A stretch of 64,000 nt of DNA. It comes from an uncultured Coriobacteriia bacterium (lineage in GTDB: Bacteria; Actinomycetota; Coriobacteriia; Coriobacteriales; QAMH01). The translations under genes were made by a program, and so were the position numbers. Positions 17,798-26,282 of this stretch are shown here, in pieces (within the stretch, counting starts at the first letter, position 1; every line of letters starts with the position of its first letter). The stretch covers positions 92,677 to 156,676 of the forward strand of contig CABRZR010000001.1 in the NCBI GenBank assembly GCA_902475535.1. The letters run 5' to 3'. A model generated the notes under the pieces. It worked only from the letters and a program-made list of their open reading frames with translations, was not told the origin of the DNA and did no database searches.

Positions 17798-18079
17798 ATG
17801 TACTACTATTCGGGATTTGTCGGTTTCATGGGGTTCGTCACAATAGTCATCGCGATTGTCGTTCTCGTTGCGTGGATAATGTCGGTCTATATGTTCGTCG
17901 AGCGTGCCAAGGAGAAGAACCCTAAGATAACCGGCACCGGTTCGCTGTGGTTCATGGGTATCTTTGCCTCTCCCGTCGTGCTCGGTCTCTACGTTATAAG
18001 CATGCCTGACGCACGCCAGCGTGTGGAGACCCATGCAGGGTCCCCTGTGGCGATGCAGGACGAGCTTCCGTCTGTATAG
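17798..18079 (+). CDS. Small 2-TM membrane protein (PLD_N-like), paralog of 14045..14353
   Basis: MYYYSGFVGFMGFVTIVIAIVVLVAWIMSVYMFVERAKEKNPKITGTGSLWFMGIFASPVVLGLYVISM aligns with 14045 throughout. The RBS is GGAAAGGA. Confidence 0.6.
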   Translation: MYYYSGFVGFMGFVTIVIAIVVLVAWIMSVYMFVERAKEKNPKITGTGSLWFMGIFASPVVLGLYVISMPDARQRVETHAGSPVAMQDELPSV

Positions 18080-18087
18080 GGCCCGTC

Positions 18088-19683
18088 ATGAGCGAATACA
18101 AGGTTATTTTCCGAGCGGACGTCGATACGTCTACCGTGACGTGGGAACCCCCATGCCCACTGATGTTCGAGGCCATTCAGATTGCTCGTCATACGCGAAC
18201 CGCCGAGGCCTACCTCCAGGGAAAGGTACGCAACATCGGCGATCAGGAGATAAGTGCCTTCCAAGCAACGATTGCCGTTTGCTACGAGGACGGGTCAGAG
18301 CAAGAGGTGGAGTTCAAACCGCTTGATGCCGACATCGTTCCCGGTAGGGCCTATCAGCTGACTCCAGTACCTCTCGATCAGGGAACCGCAGTTAGAGCAA
18401 GCGGGAGGATAGAGTCCGTAAAGAACGAGTGGGGGCGTACCATCTGGGAAAGCTCTGCGGATCTGATTTCACCTCCCGAGCCCATTCATCTCCACTTGAC
18501 GACAAAAGCTCAAGATGAACGAAGCAGATTGTGGGCAAAGGCGTTTTCAAATGGGTCGTTGAGGCACGACCCGCAAATAGCGCATCTCGCTCGTACTCAC
18601 GATGCCGATGACCATGATGAATGGTGGGTGTGTCCCTGCGGTCAGGTCAACGTCAATCTTGCCAATTGCCTGTCCTGTGGATTGCCCTTAGCCTCGTGGA
18701 GCGAGGTGCCCACCGACAACGAGACCCTCGAGAAGATTGCCGACGAGCGCATCAAGAAGGAAGAGGAGGAGCGCGCCGCAAGAAAGGAAAAACGCGACCA
18801 GGCTGTCGCTAAATCCAAGGCCGCCGCTCTCAAGTTCCTGAAGATTGGCGTTCCCATCATCGTCGGGATAGTTGTCGTCGTGCTCGCCCTCATCTTCTTG
18901 ATCATCCCGACCGTGCGTTATAACAGTGCAAACGGTCTTGCCGAGGCTGCACAGACAAACGAGGAATACCAACGGGCCTACGATGCTTTTCTCGATCTAG
19001 GTGACCAGGGCGATTCCCCGCAGCGTCTCATTGCTGTTGCGACCGCCGCGGGTGACGCCGCGTACAATTCCGAAGATTACGAGAATGCGGCCTATTGGTA
19101 TGACCTTTCTGGAGACGACGAACTCTCTCAAAAGGCGAAGATGGCCTACGTCCAGGAGCACCAGAGCGCCGATGACGAGTTGACCTTCACGTACCTCAAA
19201 GAGCTCGTCGCTAACGAATACGAGGGAGCCGGAGAGCTCTATGAGCAGCTGTTCGGGTGGACCTTCGAGTTTTCAGTAGTTTCCTACAAAGACTACGCTG
19301 CTGCTGGTAACGGATGGACTCAAGGTCGGTCGGTACTTCCTAAAGCTGCTGGATATGATTCCCCTGCGTTGCTTATCATGCCAAAAGGTGGGGTGTCTGG
19401 TAGTGGAATCAAACTTGATCTTGCAATTGAGGAAATCGATGCCAAAAGTCAGATTGGTTACACGGGACAGTGGCATAAATCAGATACGAAGACCGTTTCG
19501 TTTCTTAATAGAGATGGCGAAATGTATGTAGATGAAAAGGGTGGGTCCAGCTACACAAAGATGGAAAAGCCCTTCGTTTTCATTAGTCTTGGAAGCAACA
19601 TGTATGACGAGGCGTGGCGTGTGACGGTGACTGACGGCGAGACGAGGGCCGTGCTCTTTACCGGCGAGATACGAACGTCCTAG
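18088..19683 (+). CDS. Zinc-ribbon single-pass membrane protein with a TPR/Sel1-like plus beta-rich ectodomain, paralog of 14363..15895
   Basis: The architecture matches 14363 up to the TM helix (EWWVCPCGQVNVNLANCLSC, an E/K/R-rich segment, TM IGVPIIVGIVVVVLALIFLII). The ectodomain is unrelated. Confidence 0.65.
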   Translation: MSEYKVIFRADVDTSTVTWEPPCPLMFEAIQIARHTRTAEAYLQGKVRNIGDQEISAFQATIAVCYEDGSEQEVEFKPLDADIVPGRAYQLTPVPLDQGTAVRASGRIESVKNEWGRTIWESSADLISPPEPIHLHLTTKAQDERSRLWAKAFSNGSLRHDPQIAHLARTHDADDHDEWWVCPCGQVNVNLANCLSCGLPLASWSEVPTDNETLEKIADERIKKEEEERAARKEKRDQAVAKSKAAALKFLKIGVPIIVGIVVVVLALIFLIIPTVRYNSANGLAEAAQTNEEYQRAYDAFLDLGDQGDSPQRLIAVATAAGDAAYNSEDYENAAYWYDLSGDDELSQKAKMAYVQEHQSADDELTFTYLKELVANEYEGAGELYEQLFGWTFEFSVVSYKDYAAAGNGWTQGRSVLPKAAGYDSPALLIMPKGGVSGSGIKLDLAIEEIDAKSQIGYTGQWHKSDTKTVSFLNRDGEMYVDEKGGSSYTKMEKPFVFISLGSNMYDEAWRVTVTDGETRAVLFTGEIRTS

Positions 19684-19733
19684 TCCTGTATCAGACGGTA
19701 TGGATTATCGCTGATACCAGCAATGTACATGAG

Positions 19734-19757
19734 GGCGCGTCGAAGGACGCGCCTTTT
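19734..19757 (+). terminator. Rho-independent terminator after 18088..19683
   Basis: GGCGCGTC-GAAG-GACGCGCC followed by TTTT. Confidence 0.75.
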
Positions 19758-20015
19758 CCCTGTGTCCATCTCGCTACCCATACGTCCTAGAACTCTATAT
19801 ACTTGCCGTAGTACCCGCCCTATCGAAAGGCATCACAATGGCTCGGCTATCGTTTTGCATGGACGAAGAGAGCGCGGCTTGCCCGGGCGAAGACGCTGCC
19901 GGATGGGAAAACGGCTGGCCGCCGGGTTTCTTCGACTTGTATGGCAGCAGTCCGGATTTCCCCGAGGCCGAAGATCTCGAGCTTGCTCCCATCGGCTGCC
20001 TCGGCCCCTAAACCC

Positions 20016-20972
20016 CTACCGCACGCCCGCGATCACCACGTACCGCGTGCTCTTGCCGAAGACCAGCTCGTCACCGGGCTTGATAGCCACGGGCTCCCCC
20101 GTCCAGCCGCCCCGTTCGTCAGCCGGCGGCTCCACCACGACCTCGGAGCGGTCTGCGCCACTCACCAGCACGGTGCCGTTCGTCGATCCGGTGCCCTTGA
20201 CGTACCACTCGCCCGCGTTGTCGTGCCAGATGCGCGCATGATGGCGCGAGACGTCGGCCGCCACGTCGCTCAGGGAATCCTTCCCCGTCGCAAAGGCGCC
20301 CACCTCGATCTCGCTGTTCTCGCTGGGATCAAGCCAATGGGGCGACCCCATCACGTACCCATCCATCACGCGCAAGAGCCCCAGGGTCACGGACCTCTCC
20401 GGCACGTCCCAGTCGCGCACCTTCTTGGAATGCGGCGTGACAAGCGGCGTCGCCACCGGGCTTCCGTGGATTTCCTCGGCAAAGGCAAAGGCGCGGGTCG
20501 TTGCCTCGGCCACGCTAGCACTCAACGCCGCCGTCACAAAGAGCACCATGGCGATCTCGACGCGCTCCTCGACTCTAAATTCGCCGTTGTCGGACAGGCG
20601 GGCGAGCATGTTGAGGTATGGGGCGGTGTTTTGCCCGCGGTGGCTCAGGGCCGTCACCATCTCGCGTCCCGCCGTCCCCGCTATCATCGTCATGATCGCC
20701 TGGTTGCTCATGCGCTTCTTGAGGCGCGCGACGATGCGCATGGCGCATTTCTCGCAGTCGATGAAGTAGTCGCTTTTCACGGATTCCACCGGGGCGTGGA
20801 CGAGATAGCGCGAGATCCACGTCCGGTCGTTTACCCGGCTTATGGGACTCGTCCCACCCGTCAGCGGCTTTTCCGAGAGGATGAGCGTGGCCAGGTCCTT
20901 GTAGCTGATATGACCGTGCTTCTTCAGGATGGAAAACAATGCTCCCAGCGGGGTTGACGGGGTCTTTGCCAT
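20016..20972 (-). CDS. FHA-domain protein with an uncharacterised N-terminal domain of about 230 aa (copy 1)
   Basis: The C-terminal FHA signature is DVSRHHARIWHD...GSTNGTVLV...IKPGDELVFG. I do not recognise the N-terminal domain. The gene starts 15 nt after the upstream kinase gene ends. Confidence 0.75.
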   Translation of the reverse strand: MAKTPSTPLGALFSILKKHGHISYKDLATLILSEKPLTGGTSPISRVNDRTWISRYLVHAPVESVKSDYFIDCEKCAMRIVARLKKRMSNQAIMTMIAGTAGREMVTALSHRGQNTAPYLNMLARLSDNGEFRVEERVEIAMVLFVTAALSASVAEATTRAFAFAEEIHGSPVATPLVTPHSKKVRDWDVPERSVTLGLLRVMDGYVMGSPHWLDPSENSEIEVGAFATGKDSLSDVAADVSRHHARIWHDNAGEWYVKGTGSTNGTVLVSGADRSEVVVEPPADERGGWTGEPVAIKPGDELVFGKSTRYVVIAGVR

Positions 20973-20987
20973 GGAGTGCTCCTCTCC

Positions 20988-22373
20988 TCACGTTCGCGGT
21001 GTCCGGCGGGCGAGCCTTATGAGCGCCGACACGCCCACGATTGCCAAGGCAACGGTGCCGCCTGCGATGATTCGCGAACGTCCCGCCCTCCTGGCTCTAC
21101 CTACTCGCCCCCTTGCCCTCGTCGTGTTGCTCACGCAGGGTGAGAGTGGGTTTCCCCAGAGGCCGTTTCTGATGTTTGCGCTATAGGAGTCGATGAAGTC
21201 CGAGAGTGCCTTCTCCATCTCCCTTGCCGTGGGTCTACGCGCCTGCATGGGATCCAGACAAGCGAGGATCAGGTCGTCGAGCTGGCCATCCACCGCGGTC
21301 AGGACCCGTGCGAGTTCCCTGTCCGACGGCCTTCGCCCGCAGTGCGCCACCGCCTCTTCGACGAGCCGCGCCACCGACGCCTCATGGCCGAGCGTCGCTC
21401 TGATGCTGGCCGATGCCCCGTGAGCGCCCATGAGGCTCCGGGGCCAACGTCCGGTCTTCTGGAGGTAATAGGAGCGCTTCCTGCCTCCTCTTTCCAGGTC
21501 GAAGGGCGTACGGCCGTCCAGCAGCAGGTAGAGCACGCTAGCTGCGGCATAGACGTCCACCGCAGGGTCCTTGCGCAGGGTGTCGATACCGGCAACGTCT
21601 TCGGTGAGCATCTCCGGCGGGGCGAACTCCGGGGTTGCCCCTCGCAGGACGCCGTACTTCTGCGTGAGGGAGGCACGATGGTCGGGAAGCATCGCCGAGC
21701 CAAAGTCCACGAGCTTCAGGTCGAAGTGCCCCAGGTCCACCTGCTCCTCGAGCGTGTGCCTCGAGGTGTCGATCATGATGTTGGATGTCGAGATGTCACG
21801 ATGCACCACGCTGTTCTCGAGCGTGTCCATGCGGGCGAGGAGCGCGAAGAGGTCACGTCCCAGCTGCGCCGCCGTCAGCGGCGAAAGCCTTCCCGCCTCG
21901 TCCACGAAGAGGTGCCTGAGTGCCGATTGCAGCGTCTCGCCCTCGATCCATTCCATGACGATGGCATCTCTTCCGTCCAGGCGTCCAAGCCCGTAGAGCT
22001 TCGGAAATCCCCGTATGCCCGAAAGGGTGCGCAGGGTCTGGTACTCTCGCATGAACGCCTCGTGGGCGACGGCACGGTCCATGTCATCGGTCCGTGTGGC
22101 AGGTTGCGACGTGGTGTCGCGCGCTGCATCCGGGTTGTCCATGACCTTCACGGCGACGGGTTTGCCCCAGACGTCCTCGCCATAGAGAAGCCAGCCAATC
22201 CCTCCCTGGCGGCAACGGGTCCTGTCGACGAAGAGGGAGGAGAACCTCCGCACATGTGCCTCCTGCTCATCGGGAGGCAGGGTCCAGGGCGCTGAGAAGC
22301 CGTCCAGGTGAACGACCTGCAGTCCGGCTGTGCCGTGCTCGTTGTGCGTTTCCGGACATGAGGGGTTTTCCAT
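20988..22373 (-). CDS. Ser/Thr protein kinase, tail-anchored by one C-terminal TM helix (copy 1)
   Basis: Hanks motifs are present: VAVKVM, VHRDISTSNIMI, VDFGSA and FAPPE. The C-terminal TM helix is GGTVALAIVGVSALIRLA, and there is no ectodomain. Confidence 0.85.
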   Translation of the reverse strand: MENPSCPETHNEHGTAGLQVVHLDGFSAPWTLPPDEQEAHVRRFSSLFVDRTRCRQGGIGWLLYGEDVWGKPVAVKVMDNPDAARDTTSQPATRTDDMDRAVAHEAFMREYQTLRTLSGIRGFPKLYGLGRLDGRDAIVMEWIEGETLQSALRHLFVDEAGRLSPLTAAQLGRDLFALLARMDTLENSVVHRDISTSNIMIDTSRHTLEEQVDLGHFDLKLVDFGSAMLPDHRASLTQKYGVLRGATPEFAPPEMLTEDVAGIDTLRKDPAVDVYAAASVLYLLLDGRTPFDLERGGRKRSYYLQKTGRWPRSLMGAHGASASIRATLGHEASVARLVEEAVAHCGRRPSDRELARVLTAVDGQLDDLILACLDPMQARRPTAREMEKALSDFIDSYSANIRNGLWGNPLSPCVSNTTRARGRVGRARRAGRSRIIAGGTVALAIVGVSALIRLARRTPRT

Positions 22374-22453
22374 GGTGCGCGACGTTGTTTTCTACTAAGG
22401 GCGGCGGTTAGAGGGCGTCGAAAACCGGGTGGATTTGTCCCACCCGGGAATAA

Positions 22454-22502
22454 TTGCGCAACTATCATATAGTGCAAATTCCGAAATTTGTTGCACAACA
22501 AA
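22454..22502. promoter_or_regulatory. TTGCGCAA box plus TTTGTTGCACAACAAA palindrome (candidate operator, site 3)
   Basis: Read on the minus strand, TTTGTTGTGCAACAAA is followed by 16 nt, then TATATGATAG, then TTGCGCAA. This lies about 80 bp upstream of the kinase copy 1 start. Confidence 0.4.
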
Positions 22503-22552
22503 CGCGAGGTCAGCCGAGGGTTGAGGGCGCGCTTCCCTAGCCGTCGGCTCCT

Positions 22553-23533
22553 CTATCGCACGCCCGCGATCACCACGTATCGCGTGCTCTTGCCGAACAC
22601 GAGCACGTCGCCGGGCTTGATCACCACGGGCGTGCCCTCCCATCCCCCTCGCTCGTCAGCCGGCGGCTCCACCACGACCTCGCGACGGTCCGCGCCGCTG
22701 ATGAGCACGGTTCCGTTCTTCGACCCCATCCCCTCGACGTACCACTCGCCCGCGTCGTCGTGCCAGATGCGCGCATGGTGCCCCGAGACGTCGCTCTCGA
22801 CATCGGTAATGTCGCCCGGTCCCGTCGCAAAGGCGCCCACCTCGCATTGCTCTGCGAGCTCGGCATCGAGCCAGTGCGGCGATCCCATCACGTAGCCGTC
22901 CATCACGCGCAAGAGCCCCAGGTCCGTCATTTGCTCGTCGATGTGGCATCGCGCCTCAACGTCTTCCGCGTCCGGGGAGCATGGCGTGATGAGCGGCGTC
23001 ACCTTCGATGACCCGTGGATTTCGTTGGTGAAGTCGAGCGCGCAAGCCGTCGCCTTCGCGACATCGGCGCTCAGGGCGGCCGTCACGAAGAGGACCATGG
23101 CGATCTCCACGTGCTCCTCGGATCCGGATTCGTCCCCTCCGTTCAGCCTCGCGAGCATGTTGAGATAGGGAGTGGTGTCCTGCCCGACCTCTTCCAGGGC
23201 GATGACCAGCTCCTTTCCGGGTTCTCCTGCGACCATCTGCATGATTTCGCGGTTTCCCAGCGTGCTGCCCCTGCGCTTCTTGAGACGGGCGATGATGCGC
23301 AGGGCGCACTTTTCGTAGCTCACGAAGTACTCGTCCTTCACGGCCTCGATCGGTGCATGCACGAGGTAGCGCGAAACCCAGGTCCGGTCGTTCACACGGC
23401 TTGCGGGACTGACGCCTCCTGCTAATGGCTTTTCCGAGAGGATAAGCGAGGCCAGCTCCTTGTAGCTCACCTTTCCATATTTCTTCAGGATGGAGAACAG
23501 GGCTCCCAGCGGAGTCAATGTGGTTCTTGCCAC
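22553..23533 (-). CDS. FHA-domain protein with an uncharacterised N-terminal domain (copy 2)
   Basis: Colinear paralog of 20016..20972 (MARTTLTPLGALFSILKKYGKVSYKELASLILSEKPL...; FHA region DVSGHHARIWHD...GSKNGTVLI). The 3-prime end is near-identical to copy 1 at the DNA level. Confidence 0.75.
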   Translation of the reverse strand: MARTTLTPLGALFSILKKYGKVSYKELASLILSEKPLAGGVSPASRVNDRTWVSRYLVHAPIEAVKDEYFVSYEKCALRIIARLKKRRGSTLGNREIMQMVAGEPGKELVIALEEVGQDTTPYLNMLARLNGGDESGSEEHVEIAMVLFVTAALSADVAKATACALDFTNEIHGSSKVTPLITPCSPDAEDVEARCHIDEQMTDLGLLRVMDGYVMGSPHWLDAELAEQCEVGAFATGPGDITDVESDVSGHHARIWHDDAGEWYVEGMGSKNGTVLISGADRREVVVEPPADERGGWEGTPVVIKPGDVLVFGKSTRYVVIAGVR

Positions 23534-23555
23534 GGCTACCCTTTCTGCTAACTCG

Positions 23556-25283
23556 TTATGATGCCATGCTAGCCCGTGTTTTTTTCGTCGGCATCATGCG
23601 CGCCTCCTCGATGATGATGCCAAAGGACAGGGCGCCCCACGACAGCGTTGCCGATACGGCCAGTGCGCACAGCAATAGCCAGAAGGTTGCTGGTGTGGCA
23701 AACGCCGTCCCTAGTACGAAGGCGAGCACGAGCAAGGTGCCCACGCCCACGCCGCCGCCAGTCCACGGGAGTGCCGATGGCTTGCCGCGTGTCGCGATAC
23801 GCGCGATGCCTCCGGTGATTGCGGGAAGCCACAGGAGAGCTGCGATCGCCAAGCCACTCAGGGCACCGGTCCACCGAATCGGGCCGAGCGCGACGGTCGC
23901 CTCGTTCGAGTCGACGAGGCCCGCAGTCACGAAGCTCACGGCAAAGAGCAAGATGGCCGCACCTATGCCCACGCCGATGTCCCAACGCCGCGACCTTCTC
24001 GCGCTGGCGACACGTGCCCGACGTTCAAAGGCATTGCTAGCACATGGACTCAATGGCTTTTCTGCAAGGGCGTTTTCGATGTTTTCGTCATACGCCTCGA
24101 CAAACTGACCGAGGGCTTCCTGCACCTCGGTTGCGCGGGGACGGTACTCTTGAATGGAATCAAGGCACGCGAGGATCACGTCGTCGAGCTGGCCATCGAC
24201 CGCAGAGAGTGCCGCGGCCACTTTCCTCTCCGTGGGCTGCTCGCCAATTCTCTGCGCTGCTTTGCGCACGAGCTTTGCCGTCTGCGGTTCGTGCTCGAGG
24301 GTGATGTCAATCGCTGTCGAGGCGGCGTGCGCACCTTTTAGTCCGCGCGGCAGCCGCTCCGTCTTGGCCAGGTAATACGAGCGCTCCCCCTCTTCGTTCT
24401 TGCCAAGATCGAAGGGCGTGTGTCCACTCAAGAGCAGGTAGAGTACGCTTGCCGCGGCATAGACGTCCACCGCCGAGCTCTTGCGCATGGTCGAGACGTT
24501 GGCGATGTCCTCCGTCAGCATTTCCGGAGGGGCAAAGTCCGGCGTCGCACCACGGGGCATTCCGTACCGTTGCGTGAGGGATGACGAGCGAGCGGGAAGC
24601 ACTGCAGATCCAAAGTCCACGAGCTTCAGGTCGAAGCTTCCCGACTCCACCTGTTCATCGAGCGTGTGCGTCGACGTGTCGATCATGATGTTCGAGGTCG
24701 AGATGTCGCGGTGAACTATGCCGTCTTCGAGGATTTCCATGCGGGCGAGGAGGGCGAAGAGGTCACGTCCCAGCTGCGCCACCGTCAGGGGCGAGAGCCT
24801 GTTTTCATCGTCAATGGAGAGATGCCGAATTGCCGTGGCGAGGGTCTCGCCCTCGATCCACTCCATGACGATGGCGTTCTTGCCGTCCAGACGACCCGAC
24901 CCGTACAGGCGCGGAAATCCTCGCACGCCCGACAACGTGCGCAGGGTCTCGTATTCGCGACGAAACGCCACGTTGGTGATGTCGTGCATGGGTGAGGATG
25001 CAGCGTCGTCGGATGGCGCGGATGACACTGCCCGCGCGTCTTCGATGCCCATGGTCTTCACGGCTACCGGCTTGCCCCAGGTATCTTCGCCGTAGAAGAC
25101 CTGTCCCAGACCACCTTCCCTGCAGCGGTTCTCATCGATGAAGATCGTGGAGAAGCGCCGGTTATACGCCTCTTGCTCATCGGGAGGCAGAGTGCGAGGA
25201 GCGGTGAAGCCCTCCAGTCGTGCCACGCGCATGCTGGCATTGTCGCGACTGTCGTGGGGTTTATGGTTCTGCGGCTTTTCCAT
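23556..25283 (-). CDS. Ser/Thr protein kinase with a multi-pass C-terminal membrane domain (copy 2)
   Basis: VAVKTM, VHRDISTSNIMI, VDFGSA and FAPPE are present. The C-terminal part of about 150 aa holds 4-5 hydrophobic helices. Confidence 0.85.
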   Translation of the reverse strand: MEKPQNHKPHDSRDNASMRVARLEGFTAPRTLPPDEQEAYNRRFSTIFIDENRCREGGLGQVFYGEDTWGKPVAVKTMGIEDARAVSSAPSDDAASSPMHDITNVAFRREYETLRTLSGVRGFPRLYGSGRLDGKNAIVMEWIEGETLATAIRHLSIDDENRLSPLTVAQLGRDLFALLARMEILEDGIVHRDISTSNIMIDTSTHTLDEQVESGSFDLKLVDFGSAVLPARSSSLTQRYGMPRGATPDFAPPEMLTEDIANVSTMRKSSAVDVYAAASVLYLLLSGHTPFDLGKNEEGERSYYLAKTERLPRGLKGAHAASTAIDITLEHEPQTAKLVRKAAQRIGEQPTERKVAAALSAVDGQLDDVILACLDSIQEYRPRATEVQEALGQFVEAYDENIENALAEKPLSPCASNAFERRARVASARRSRRWDIGVGIGAAILLFAVSFVTAGLVDSNEATVALGPIRWTGALSGLAIAALLWLPAITGGIARIATRGKPSALPWTGGGVGVGTLLVLAFVLGTAFATPATFWLLLCALAVSATLSWGALSFGIIIEEARMMPTKKTRASMAS

Positions 25284-25315
25284 GATGCGGGGTGCGGTTT
25301 TCTGCGAAACGGTGG

Positions 25316-26239
25316 CTAGACCTGATTGAGTGCCTGGTAGACGTTATACAGGTCATCCAGCGTGTAAATGGTGCGCCCGTCCACGGACGCCTCGATCATA
25401 TGACCTTCGACGATCGGCAAAAAGCAGCTGGGGTGGGCACCGGGATCATCGCAGCCGTCGGCTGCGAAGAGGAACTTCTGGAACAGTTTGGCCGCGCGAT
25501 TCAGGGACTGCCAGGCAGTGGTGACGGCGGCACGCTGACTTTCGCTGGCTGCGTCGACGAAGTCGGGCAGATGGATCTTGTGCTCGTAGTAATCGGACCA
25601 CCTGATGCAATCATCGCACACGTCCATCGCAGCGTTTGCGCTTATCCAGTTCCTTATGCAGTTAGGATCCATGCCAGGACTGTAGTTCCAGTATATCGGC
25701 GAGTCGGCGACGAGCGTGGCAAGCTGCGTGTAGTAGTCCCTGACGCTGTTGTAGTCATTCACGAACTCTTCTTGGGGCGATGGCGTGGGGTCGGGAGTTG
25801 GGGTATAGGGATACCCTTCGGTGCTGGACTGCGCTTCCTGGGCTGTGAGCTGGCTCCCCGAATCTGCTGGTGCGTTTGTGCCGGGGGTGGTCACGCCTCC
25901 GGGGCCTGCCGCTCCGATGGCGCTGACGCCGGCTCCGATGACTGATGCCACCCCAGGGGTATTCGCAGCGCCCGCGGCATCCGAGCCCGCACCTGCCGCT
26001 TCCGAGGCCGGTTGGTTGTCTGCAGATCCAAAGAGGGGATTCTGGAACAGCCCATCGGATTGCTCGCCCAGTACTGGAGGTACCGCAAAGACGAAAAGCG
26101 CGAGGGAGCACGCCACCAGAAGCGTTGACGTGGTCACGAGGGCTCTGTACGCCTTGGGAAGGTGATGAAAGAAGGCGCCTATCTTCGAAGATGGCTTTGA
26201 GGTCACGGCACTCTCCTTCGGTGTTCGAACAATGCGCAT
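25316..26239 (-). CDS. Membrane-anchored or secreted hypothetical protein
   Basis: An N-terminal TM or signal anchor (LVTTSTLLVACSLALFVFAV) is followed by an A/G/P-rich linker and a domain of about 170 aa with no family I recognise. The gene ends 32 nt upstream of kinase copy 2. Confidence 0.55.
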   Translation of the reverse strand: MRIVRTPKESAVTSKPSSKIGAFFHHLPKAYRALVTTSTLLVACSLALFVFAVPPVLGEQSDGLFQNPLFGSADNQPASEAAGAGSDAAGAANTPGVASVIGAGVSAIGAAGPGGVTTPGTNAPADSGSQLTAQEAQSSTEGYPYTPTPDPTPSPQEEFVNDYNSVRDYYTQLATLVADSPIYWNYSPGMDPNCIRNWISANAAMDVCDDCIRWSDYYEHKIHLPDFVDAASESQRAAVTTAWQSLNRAAKLFQKFLFAADGCDDPGAHPSCFLPIVEGHMIEASVDGRTIYTLDDLYNVYQALNQV

Positions 26240-26282
26240 ATGCCACGGTGAACGGAAAGATCAGTCCATTCATCATGAAATG

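Noticed and set aside
19838-20011. A 57-aa acidic ORF (MARLSFCMDEESAACPGEDAAGWENGWPPGFFDLYGSSPDFPEAEDLELAPIGCLGP), below the track threshold. Its GW..FFDLYGS..DF motif is reminiscent of the C-terminal halves of VapB/MazE-type antitoxins.
   Set aside because: It has no N-terminal DNA-binding domain, no adjacent toxin gene and only a weak RBS. It lies in a convergent intergenic region. It may be a gene remnant, and the evidence is insufficient to call it.
22426-22446. A hairpin CGGGTGG-ATTTGTC-CCACCCG followed by T-rich sequence on the minus strand, considered as a terminator between FHA copy 2 and kinase copy 1.
   Set aside because: It lies downstream of the candidate promoter and operator elements and only about 55 nt before the kinase 1 start. 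It also contains the family-D core (GGGACAAAT). It is more likely a repeat fragment or leader hairpin than a genuine terminator, and this remains unresolved.
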